From assembly GCF_009914755.1 (NCBI RefSeq), contig NC_060940.1: 64,000 bases of DNA, one strand, 5' to 3'. Both the position numbers and the translations under genes were made by a program. The first letter of the stretch is position 1; the number at the start of each line of letters is the position of its first letter. Origin of the DNA: the human T2T-CHM13v2.0 reference genome, Homo sapiens. Under the pieces are notes generated by a model that did not search any database, had not been told where the DNA came from, and saw only the letters and a program-made list of their open reading frames with translations. Of the stretch, positions 19,201-33,600 are shown piece after piece.

Positions 19201-22200
19201 CAGATCCGCTTCCAGCCACAGCTGAACCCTGATGTGGTGGCCCCACTGCCCACCCACACTGCCCACGAGGACTTCAGTGAGTAGGGCGTGAGAGGGAGGT
19301 AGGGTAAGTTGGACTGACCAGGGTCTGAGATCTAACTCAAGTGGCAACTTGCCCTGCAGCATTTGGAGAGTCTCGGCCCGAACTGGGCTCTGAGGGCCTG
19401 GGGTCAGCCGCTCACGGCTCCCAGCCTGACCTCCGACGAATCGTGGAGCTGCCTGCACCTGCCGACTTCCTCAGTCTGAGCAGTGAGACCAAGCCCAAGT
19501 TGATGACACCTGACGCCTTCATGACACCTAGCGCCTCCTTGCAGCAGGTACTCTCCCAGGGTAGGGGGACCTGGGAATGCCTCAGCCACAGGCCACAGGT
19601 CTTATTTCCTGCATCTCCCCAGATCACTGCCTCTCCCAGCAGCAGCAGCAGCGGTAGCAGCAGCAGCAGCAGCAGTAGCAGCAGCTCCCTTACAGCTGTG
19701 TCTGCCATGAGCAGCACCTCAGCTGTGGACCCCTCCTTGACCAGGTGAGGCAAGGGTCAGAGATGGAGGATGGCAGGGGCTGGTACCAGATGATGCCAAG
19801 CTCTGGCTGCTGACACCTCAGCCTTCCCCCACCAGGCCACCTGAGGAGCTGACCTTGAGCCCCAAGCTGCAGCTGGATGGCAGCCTGACAATGAGCAGCA
19901 GTGGCAGCCTTCAGGCAAGCCCGCGTGGCCTCCTGCCTGGCCTGCTCCCAGCCCCAGCTGACAAACTGACTCCCAAGGGGCCGGGCCAGGTGTGTGACTG
20001 GGTGTGTGTGTGAAGTGTGGGGAGCAGGTGGGCAGCAGCAGGGAAGGTGGGTGGTGGGCTCCTCCCAGCCCCCTGCTGCTGATCCTGCTCTACCCGACAT
20101 GGTCCGTGTTTCCCTGAGGTCATTTCACCCTCCTGTGTTTCCTGGTGGGTGTCTCCTCAGCCTCCCTGTCCCCACCTCCTCTTCTTGGCTGTGGCCTCGT
20201 TTTTGACCTGTATCCCCACTTCCCTGCTGCCCTGTCTCTCATTACTGCTAATACTAATGCCTCGTCTCTGTGCCCCCCATCTCTGCCTCACTTCCTGTCA
20301 CTTAAGCCCCCATCTTTGGCCCACCTCAGGTGCCTACTGCCACCTCTGCACTGTCCCTGGAGCTGCAGGAAGTGGAGCCCCTGGGGCTACCCCAAGCCTC
20401 CCCTAGCCGCACTCGTTCCCCTGATGTCATCTCCTCAGCTTCCACTGCCCTGTCCCAGGACATCCCTGAGATTGCATCTGAGGCCCTGTCCCGTGGTTTT
20501 GGCTCCTCTGCACCAGAGGGCCTTGAGCCAGACAGTATGGCTTCAGCCGCCTCGGCACTGCACCTGCTGTCCCCACGGCCCCGGCCAGGGCCCGAGCTCG
20601 GCCCCCAGCTCGGGCTTGATGGAGGCCCTGGGGATGGAGATCGGCATAATACCCCCTCCCTCCTGGAGGCAGCCTTGACCCAGGAGGCCTCGACTCCTGA
20701 CAGTCAGGTTTGGCCCACAGCACCTGACATTACTCGTGAGACCTGCAGCACCCTGGCAGAAAGGTGAGGAGCTTGGGAGGGGAAAAGTGTGCTAGCAGGA
20801 GGGGCTTCAGATAGATTCATCCATGGCTAAGTTGGCCTGTCCTCCCAGCCCCAGGAATGGCCTTCAGGAAAAGCACAAGAGCCTGGCCTTCCACCGACCA
20901 CCATATCACCTGCTGCAGCAACGTGACAGCCAGGATGCCAGTGCTGAGCAAAGGTGGGAGCCACTCTACACCATTGCCCTCATGGGGGGATGGGCAGCAA
21001 GTGGGCAGGGGCTTACTCCTCCTTCCCCTTCCCACAGTGACCATGATGATGAGGTGGCCAGCCTTGCCTCTGCTTCAGGAGGCTTTGGCACCAAAGTTCC
21101 TGCTCCACGGCTGCCTGCCAAGGACTGGAAGACCAAGGGATCCCCTCGAACCTCACCCAAGCTCAAGAGGAAAAGCAAGAAGGATGATGGGTAGGGAGAA
21201 ATCCTAGGGAGGGAGAGGGTGGTCTCTAGGCTGCCTCACATAGCCTGAGGTGCTTCTCGCCTATGGCAGGGATGCAGCCATGGGATCCCGGCTCACAGAG
21301 CACCAGGTAAGTGAATGAGCCCACTTTGTACTTGTGGAACTTCACCCTGGGCGGGTGGAGAAGGGCTCTGGGCCATTCCCTGGTCTGGTGTGTGGGAATA
21401 GGTGGGGCAGGCATCGTGTGACTGTCAGTGCTACTGACAGGTGGCAGAGCCCCCTGAGGACTGGCCAGCACTAATTTGGCAACAGCAGAGAGAGCTGGCA
21501 GAGCTGCGGCACAGCCAGGAAGAGCTGCTGCAGCGTCTGTGTACCCAACTCGAAGGCCTGCAGAGCACAGTCACAGGCCACGTAGAACGTGCCCTTGAGA
21601 CTCGGCACGAGCAGGAACGTATCCTTGAGACTGGTAGCACAACATGGCATAGGGACGGGGGCAGCATTCTTGGCCTGGGAAGGAGTACACGACCTGCTCC
21701 AGGCCCGTTCCTTAGCTATGGCGCAGAGCGGCGGCTGGAGCGAGCACTGGCTGAGGGGCAGCAGCGGGGAGGGCAGCTGCAGGAGCAGCTGACACAACAG
21801 TTGTCCCAAGCACTGTCGTCAGCTGTAGCTGGGCGGCTAGAGCGCAGCATACGGGATGAGATCAAGAAGACAGTCCCTCCATGTGAGTTTTGCATGCAGA
21901 CTCCCTTTGGGTGGTTCAGGTGGGAGTGGGGTACCTGTCAAGCTTCTTCTCATGGCTCCACCTCACCCTCTTCCCCTCTCCCAGGTGTCTCAAGGAGTCT
22001 GGAGCCTATGGCAGGCCAACTGAGCAACTCAGTGGCTACCAAGCTCACAGCTGTGGAGGGCAGCATGAAAGAGAACATCTCCAAGCTGCTCAAGTCCAAG
22101 GTGCTATAGGGCCCAAGATGTGGGTGGAGGTGGTGGTTCCTGGGCCTAGTCAGGCCAGGCTGGGCTCAGGCTTTCAACTTGGCCCCTCCCTCTAACCCCA

Positions 22201-23921
22201 GAACTTGACTGATGCCATCGCCCGAGCAGCTGCAGACACATTACAAGGGCCGATGCAGGCTGCCTACCGGGAAGCCTTCCAGAGTGTGGTGCTGCCGGCC
22301 TTTGAGAAGAGCTGCCAGGCCATGTTCCAGCAAATCAATGATAGCTTCCGGCTGGGGACACAGGAATGTGAGTGGGGTCATATGGCCCAAGGTGGGAGGG
22401 GTTATCCTCTTTCCTACTGTTCCTCTTATAGTCCCTGTGGTCACCCCTCAGACTTGCAGCAGCTAGAAAGCCACATGAAGAGCCGGAAGGCACGGGAACA
22501 GGAGGCCAGGGAGCCTGTGCTAGCCCAGCTGCGGGGCCTGGTCAGCACACTGCAGAGTGCCACTGAGCAGATGGCAGCCACCGTGGCCGGCAGTGTTCGT
22601 GCTGAGGTGCAGCACCAGCTGCATGTGGCTGTGGGCAGGTGTGTGGGCAGAGTACTGGGCAAGGTGGTGGGCTTGAGAAAGGCCAGACTAGGCTCCCTGT
22701 CCACTTCACCTCACTCACTTCCCTTTGCAGCCTGCAGGAGTCCATTTTAGCACAGGTACAGCGCATCGTTAAGGGTGAGGTGAGTGTGGCGCTCAAGGAG
22801 CAGCAGGCCGCCGTCACCTCCAGCATCATGCAGGCCATGCGCTCAGCTGCTGGCACACCTGTCCCCTCTGCCCACCTTGACTGCCAGGCCCAGCAAGCCC
22901 ATATCCTGCAGCTGCTGCAGCAGGGCCACCTCAATCAGGCCTTCCAGCAGGTACGATAGGCATTAGGCCCTGCTAAGGGTCACGTGTCTCTTGACAAGGC
23001 CCACATACCATACATTCTACTCCACCCACCACCTTTGCACCTTCTGGCCCCAGCAGACTGTTCTTGGTTCCCTTTGGCCTCCAGGCCATTGTCCCTGCTG
23101 CTTCCTCTTCCTGGACCCCTTTCTTCCCACCTAGCCCACCTTGCTTTACAACTACCCTTCTCAGGAACCCATTTCCCAATCCCCTAGGGTAACTACACAG
23201 CCCTACAGGCTCTCTCTGAGTCCCTCTGGAGCTCTCACTAGCCCACCCTGTGGTCATCCTCCCCCAGGCCACACAGTTCAGACAAGCAGACATTCCATCC
23301 TGATATTTGCTATAAACACTGCTGCTTTTTTCTCCTCCAGGCGCTGACAGCTGCTGACCTGAACCTGGTGCTGTATGTGTGTGAAACTGTGGACCCAGCC
23401 CAGGTTTTTGGGCAGCCACCCTGCCCGCTCTCCCAGCCTGTGCTCCTTTCCCTCATCCAGCAGCTGGCATCTGACCTTGGCACTCGAACTGACCTCAAGC
23501 TCAGGTAAGTGGGGACAGCCAGGGATGGGGAGATGAGCTGGGGAGTGGGGCAGTGGGAGGGAGCAGTTTGAAGCTGACGCCCACTTCTGCCTGAATCCTC
23601 TCCCTAATTTTCTCCACCAGTCCTTTCTGCCTTCACCCAGAGGGTTCCCTCTGGGCCTCGGTGCCACCAGGGGGCGCTCCCGTCTGCTGGCACCCACCTG
23701 TAGCCTGTCCTTTCCCCCCCATCCCCAGCTACCTGGAAGAGGCCGTGATGCACCTGGACCACAGTGACCCCATCACTCGGGACCACATGGGCTCCGTTAT
23801 GGCCCAGGTGCGCCAAAAGCTTTTTCAGTTCCTGCAGGCTGAGCCACACAACTCACTTGGCAAAGCAGCTCGGCGTCTCAGCCTCATGCTGCATGGCCTC
23901 GTGACCCCCAGCCTCCCTTAG
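13035..23921 (+). CDS. EDC4: Enhancer of mRNA-decapping protein 4 (Ge-1/Hedls), 1401 aa, 29 exons: 13035-13116,15718-15874,16261-16372,16646-16745,16990-17179,17282-17429,17514-17618,17939-18048,18133-18216,18309-18404,18510-18612,18730-18910,19010-19082,19185-19276,19360-19547,19623-19744,19836-19989,20330-20763,20849-20953,21038-21190,21270-21306,21441-21618,21727-21882,21985-22100,22202-22367,22452-22638,22731-22950,23341-23504,23729-23921
   Basis: All introns are GT-AG and all phases are compatible; exon lengths sum to 4206 nt (1401 aa plus stop). Starts [28 protein letters not shown], then WD40 region, Ser-rich linker and helical/coiled-coil C-terminus ending ...HGLVTPSLP*. Confidence 0.97.
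14572..14815 (+). mobile_element. Alu with internal deletion and 3' truncation
   Basis: Left arm intact, duplicated aacatggt, right arm ends at gagatcgcgcca. Confidence 0.88.
17180..17281 (+). other. EDC4: U12-type (minor spliceosome) GT-AG intron, EDC4 intron 5
   Basis: 5' splice site GTATCCAT (consensus GTATCCTT, one mismatch); branch site CCCTTAAC at 17263-17270, about 12 nt before the AG; no polypyrimidine tract. Removal restores ...NGKIQEEILVH. Confidence 0.8.
19638..19688 (+). repeat. EDC4: Interrupted (AGC)n repeat encoding the EDC4 poly-serine tract
   Basis: (AGC)5 GGT (AGC)6 AGT (AGC)3 TCC within exon 16. Confidence 0.95.
21619..21726 (+). other. EDC4: U12-type (minor spliceosome) GT-AG intron, EDC4 intron 22
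   Basis: Perfect 5' splice site GTATCCTT; branch-like TTCCTTAGC at 21708-21716, about 12 nt before the AG; no polypyrimidine tract. Removal restores ...RHEQEQRRLER. Confidence 0.88.
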
Positions 23922-24265
23922 CTGCTAAGCCTGCCTTGCCCAGGGGTGGGATGGCACTGAAGGCCAGCAGACAGGCCTAGGCTGGGGCAGGGTCACGGCT
24001 GGCCTTTACCTGCTCAGGCCCCCATCTCTGGGGTGTTTGGGGGTCAGGGAGCAGGGAGCACTGGCCGTGGTCTACAGCGTGTGGTAGTCAGAAGGTTTAG
24101 CTGGGCCCAGGGCAGGTATTGCGCCTGCTTGGGTTCTGCCATGCCTGGAGCATGACCCTGAGATCGTGACACCACTTGAGTGGAATTTTCCATGTTCCTT
24201 TTTACCTCTAATTTGGATCTTTTTGTTTTTGAAAAACATTGAGAAATTCAATTAAATGCTTTTGG

Positions 24266-24271
24266 AATAAA
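24266..24271 (+). terminator. EDC4: EDC4 polyadenylation signal
   Basis: AATAAA (also ATTAAA at 24251) followed by GU-rich gtgtgtgctttttggtttgtctttggtgtg. Confidence 0.85.
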
Positions 24272-24539
24272 ATGGAGTATGTGTGTGCTTTTGGTTTGTC
24301 TTTGGTGTGACTCTCATAACTGCCGTCTGTTCGTTCTCTGCCCATCTCTTGCCCGTGGAGCTCTGTCGAGGCCAACCCAGCCAAGGGGCCGGGTTACCCA
24401 CTCATCTGCTCCAACTGCCTTCCCAGATCTCCCTTCTCCCTCCTTCTATGGAGTGAGGGTCCAGGGGCCTGCCCAGCACCAGCCTGTGCTCCTGCGAATT
24501 TCTGCTCTCTGAGGTCTCCTCGCTCCTTTTCCCATCTGG

Positions 24540-24676
24540 GTGTTGGAGGCGGAGCCGCCGGCTGGGTTCGGAGCCCCACCCCCAGCTCCCATCCAATCAC
24601 CGTCCCTCCCTCCGGGGGCTGGGCGGACGGGCTGCACTCCAAGCAGCTAGCTCCTGCACTAGGCTCTCAGCCAGGG
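24540..24676 (+). promoter_or_regulatory. NRN1L: NRN1L proximal promoter and 5'UTR
   Basis: Local CpG enrichment, CCAAT at 24593-24597 and a GGGCGG box near 24621, directly upstream of ATG 24677. Confidence 0.6.
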
Positions 24677-26032
24677 ATGATGCGCTGCTGCCGCCGCCGC
24701 TGCTGCTGCCGGCAACCACCCCATGCCCTGAGGCCGTTGCTGTTGCTGCCCCTCGGTGAGTGCGGGCATCCGGGGCCCGGGCCACACCCCCTTCTCGCCC
24801 AGCCAAGCCAGGCTGGGCATAGGGTGTGTGGGAACGCTGGGTGCCAGGGTGGAGAAGAGTTGTAAGGGCTCCAGGAAGGTGTGCTGGTGACTTCAGGACA
24901 GAAAGTGAGAGGCACAAACAGCCCCAGTTATGGGAGAAGGACTCCAAAATTTGCATCCCCTCTTATGATAAAGGGAGACATGCCAATGGCAGGACTTATA
25001 GACCAGTCGTAGGATCCCTAAGTCCTCTCTGAGGGTCTGGCCTGGATCCCAATACCTCTGCATCCTGCCTTGTCTCTCCAAAAATATTTATCTTTAGAGA
25101 GAGTTCGGAGGGCCAAGCAAAGCTTGTCTAAACCGCAGAGAGATGCACCTGCTCCTGGTCCGGGGCCTCTGGACCTCCCTCCCCTCCACCCTGTCCTGAC
25201 TCCTTTACATGGACCCTTGTCACCCCACCTGCGGCCCCAGAAGCTCAAAGGAAGAGCTGACCTGGGGTACACAACACCCCCTTCCCCTGTACAAATCCCA
25301 GTCTGGGTCCTACCTTGAAGGGGGCCTGGGTAGGTAATCCCCAGACTTGCCCTTTAGTTCCCTGGGGCACCCTTTTTCCGCTGAGTCACATCCCCAGAGT
25401 GCTCCCAGGTAAACAAGCCCCTGGGGGCTGGGGGATGAGCCTGGCTCATCCTATCTACCATTCCTTCCCCACCCCACCCCCGCCCCACTTCTAGTCCTTT
25501 TACCTCCCCTGGCAGCAGCTGCAGCGGGCCCAAACCGATGTGACACCATATACCAGGGCTTCGCCGAGTGTCTCATCCGCTTGGGGGACAGCATGGGCCG
25601 CGGAGGCGAGCTGGAGACCATCTGCAGGTACCGGCGGGTGTGAGGCAGTGGCCCAACCTGTGCCACCATTGGGGACTGAACCTTTTATTTCCCAAGCTAA
25701 AGTCTCCTTGCCTCACCTAATCCCCCTAATCCCACTCCCTTAACAGGTCTTGGAATGACTTCCATGCCTGTGCCTCTCAGGTCCTGTCAGGCTGTCCGGA
25801 GGAGGCAGCTGCAGTGTGGGAATCACTACAGCAAGAAGCTCGCCAGGCCCCCCGTCCGAATAACTTGCACACTCTGTGCGGTGCCCCGGTGCATGTTCGG
25901 GAGCGCGGCACAGGCTCCGAAACCAACCAGGAGACGCTGCGGGCTACAGCGCCTGCACTCCCCATGGCCCCTGCGCCCCCACTGCTGGCGGCTGCTCTGG
26001 CTCTGGCCTACCTCCTGAGGCCTCTGGCCTAG
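24677..26032 (+). CDS. NRN1L: Neuritin-like protein (CPG15-2), 165 aa, GPI-anchored; join(24677..24755,25495..25627,25747..26032)
   Basis: Spliced ORF of 498 nt: signal peptide MMRCCRRRCCCRQPPHALRPLLLLPLVLLPPLAAAAAG, neuritin domain RCDTIYQGFAECLIRLGDSM...ICRSWNDFHACASQVLSGCPEEAAAVWESL...LHTLC, hydrophobic GPI-signal tail ...LLAAALALAYLLRPLA*. Confidence 0.95.
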
Positions 26033-26119
26033 CTTGTTGGGTTGGGTAGCAGCGCCCGTACCTCCAGCCCTGCTCTGGCGGTGGTTGTCCAGGCTCTGCA
26101 GAGCGCAGCAGGGCTTTTC

Positions 26120-26125
26120 ATTAAA
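26120..26125 (+). terminator. NRN1L: NRN1L polyadenylation signal (ATTAAA)
   Basis: ATTAAA about 90 nt after the stop codon, followed by U-rich sequence. Confidence 0.65.
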
Positions 26126-26946
26126 GGTATTTATATTTGTAGTAAGCTCCTTCCTTTCTCCTGGCTGTGGCCTTGCTTGCGGCTGGGGCCAGGGACTCCT
26201 AGAAACTGATCCTTTGCTTGGATGGAATGGGCGGGGCTGAGGGCCACCACAGGGGCCCTCAATCTTCCTCCTTACAAACACTCATTTCCCAGTGGCAGCG
26301 CAAAGCTTTCCATTTCATGCAGGCCCCAAGAGCTCCTCCAGTGGAGACTGGAGATCTGCCAGAATGCACAGTCTTCCTCTACCTTCCTGTGCGGGTTGAG
26401 ATCGGGAGGGTGGGGTCTCAGCCCTGCACTCCTAGCACTGCCTACCCCTTCTATCCTGGCCCCTGGGGGCCAGGTGAGCTGGTGAAGTGCCCTTGATCTC
26501 AGCTCCACCCCCTCCCCAGCCTCTGGGCTCCTGACCATTTCACCTCCTCCTCTCTCTGCCTGTCACCTCAGCCTTCAAGGCATAGCACAGACTATGTGCT
26601 CAGTCCCTTCCTCTGGTTTTCTGGTCTATCTGAGGGAGGCCTGTTCTAGAAGGTGGGGAGCCTTTGTTGAAGTCCACATTCAAGCCCCTGATGTGACCTG
26701 AAGTGGCAAAAACTGGAGTCACCATAAGGGTTCCTCTGGCCTCTGCTCTCCACAAGCTTGTTCTTTGAGAAGAGGTAGGCAGTGTGTAGTCAAAACAATT
26801 GCAGAAGGCTTTCTGGAAGCCGTGGAACAAGAGCATGTGGTGTGCGAGGAGCCCCTCTTCATACCGGTGGAAAGGAAGAGCAAAATCAGCTAGGCAGAGG
26901 AATCTGAGGAAGGAGAAAGCCTTCTGGGGGTAGGACCCTCTTCTGA

Positions 26947-27651
<705 letters not shown>

Positions 27652-28729
27652 CTATTCTTTACTTTCTAAATTGAAAAACTCAGCCAGGCATAGTGGCTCA
27701 ATCTTGCAGTATCACCTCCTCTAGGAACTATTCCCTAACCCTGACTACAAGCTGAATCAGAAGGCTCCTCTAGGTCCACACAGCTCCTGGATTCCCTTCT
27801 GCCTCAGTACTGATAGCACTAGCTTGTTATTGTCTAGGTACAGGTCAGAATTCCCCACTGTGGATTCCCCAAGGGCAGGAAGTCCTTTTTGTCAGAATCC
27901 TCGTTGTGTCTCTAGCATCCAACCTAGGGCTGGATATAAAGGGTGCACTTGTGGGAGGGTGTGGAATGAAAGATAGAACTCCTAAGTCCAGCATGGGTAG
28001 TGCTACAGTAAGCAAGAGCTTGGACTGAGAATGACCCCACTGTGGAGGTGTGTCATCTTGGGGTGGCACCTTTACTCTGGGCATACTGCTGGGAAGGATG
28101 GTGCTGGGGCTGTATACCCCAGAAGTCTTCCAGAGCTGGTCTTGGATGGCTAGGAGCAGGGGCCTGGCTGTTCTGGCTGGCCGTCAGGGAGATTACCATC
28201 CTCCTGCTGTGGCCTACTTTTCCCCTGGTTTTTGCTCTCTAAGTCCCTACTTTTCCATGGAATAGAGCGGGGCTTGGGGAGGGGGGAAAGAATCTGCTCT
28301 CTGGCTAGGGGCTTAAGGGCTTTGTGTGTTTTATCCTAGAGCTGGAGGAGAGGGGTGGGCTGATAGCCAAGCTGGCTGGGCCCTGGGCACAGCTGCCCAG
28401 GCCAGAGCATCATGGTGATGGTGTTTCTCACATTTGCAGCACCGTGGACAAGGAGTACCTTATTGTTCTGAGAGAGCCTGGGGGATGGATGTCCTGAGCC
28501 CAGTCCCCTCTGCATTAATATATCTCTTCACCTAAGGACCTCCCTCCTGCTCTTCTCCAGAGCCCAGACCAGCACATAGTAAGGGTTCAATAAATATTTG
28601 TTAATTAATGCGCTGAATGTCTGTAAAACAGGAGTGTTGTGTAGATTTCTGAGTGCCATCAACCCTGGAATTCATATTCCTTTTAACCCTCACAACAACT
28701 CTGTAAGGTCAGGATTATGACCCCCCCTT

Positions 28730-32209
<3,480 letters not shown>

Positions 32210-32799
32210 TAATTTATTTTTAGGTTTAAAGTATAACATTAGCTTATACAGTCAATCAAAGACAGTTCCATGTGCAAAGTACATACTCAATAAAGATTTG
32301 AATACAGAGCTACTGAAATGGGGAAGATGGATGGAGGTTACAATGCACTTACCATCTGCAGCACCTATTTTAACCCCTCCAAGTTGGGTTGACTGTAAAG
32401 TGAACCAGTTCTGATCCTATAGAGAAGTCATTGTGAATGGTAACAATTTTTTAAAAATCCGCTTGCTTTTCAGACTCGGCATATAAATTAAATTAACAAC
32501 AACAAATAACCATGAGTCCAGAAGTTGGCCCAAGATTGACTTCACCTATCTACAAATTAACCCTTTGCATCTCTTCTTTGATGGAGGCCAAATTCAACAC
32601 ATGGAGTGTTGAAATTATTCTAAGTGCAGTTTTAAAAAATAGATTTTGTTAATGAAAATTAAGTCTATCCTTTGCGGAGTTCCAGAGGCACTTCCAGAAA
32701 CCTCTGTTGGAAAGCATTGTTTACCCAAGCTCGCATTACAGAGTCCCCTTTCCCCCAACCAGAAACTTGAAACTTTCTCCCTATTTCCCGCGATCCTTC

Positions 32800-33600
32800 C
32801 TTTTTCTATCACCGACCCGTCTCGCAGGCAGCGGTCAAGTTACTTTGAGCGACAAATAGACCCACCCCTTCAGGAGAGTGCCCGTCCCCGCCCCGAAGAG
32901 GTTGATTGGCAGGCCACGCTCGGAGATCCGCCAGCCGCGTAGCCCAGTTTCGGGAGAGTCCGCCCCCGACCCGCCCCCGACCCGCCCCGTAGGCTTGTTT
33001 TGGCGTCAGCTGCGCGCTGTGATGACGCCACGACGCTAACGCCCGAGAATGGCGGCGGCGGCGGCGGCGGCGGCGGCCGCTGCCATTGCCCGGAGATGGC
33101 CGGCAGAGCCGCCGAGACGCCGAAGAGCCCGCCGCCCGCGCGAGGTGAGGCGGCCCGGCCCAGGACGACGGCCCGACGGGCGGGAGGGGCAGCCGAACTG
33201 TGGTCGTGGTCGCTTTCTGGCGCTCCGGGGCCTGCCCCTGGTCAGCCTGCAGCGTCGGCCCGTGCCCCGTGCGCCAGGGCCTACAGGGTTGGAGAGCAGG
33301 CCGGGCGATGGCTGCTCGGGTTCCCGGCGTCCGAGTCTGGACTGGCCTCGGAACGTGCTGTCGTGCTGGATAGCCCGTCTCCAGGCCCGCTTGGGCCTGG
33401 TGGACGTGGTCGGTTGCCCTGCCTGCTTGCTGTTCAGCCGCCCCGCGTCCAGAGCGGGTCAGGTTGATCCAACCTGGTTGTCCTTGTCCTTACTGCCTTC
33501 TCGCGCCCGGCGCCTACTCCACACCCCTCCTTTGCGTCTGCCAGGGGCCGGCGGGGCAGCTGATCGCTTCCTTGTGCAGGCTGGGAAATAGCAGGTCTGA
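32800..33600 (+). promoter_or_regulatory. PSKH1: PSKH1 CpG-island promoter and non-coding exon 1 (donor GAG|GTGAGG at 33144/33145)
   Basis: Dense CpG; reverse CCAAT (GATTGG near 32904); three tandem CCGCCC GC boxes at 32960-32990; CRE-like sites at 33001 and 33023; strong splice donor. It is the only CpG island between NRN1L and the PSKH1 coding exon. Confidence 0.85.
33051..33077 (+). repeat. PSKH1: (GGC)9 trinucleotide repeat in the PSKH1 5' leader
   Basis: 27 nt of perfect GGC repeat beginning at the G of ATG 33049-33051. Confidence 0.95.

Noticed and set aside
19412-19753. Antisense poly-Leu ORF and other antisense ORFs over EDC4 and PSKH1 exons
   Set aside because: These are reverse-strand shadows of coding sequence and of the AGC repeat.
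33026-33144. The kinase frame is open back into exon 1, with CTG (33080) and TTG (33086) as possible non-AUG starts
   Set aside because: Both have a pyrimidine at -3 and C at +4, and they lie between strong AUGs; open frames are expected in sequence this GC-rich.
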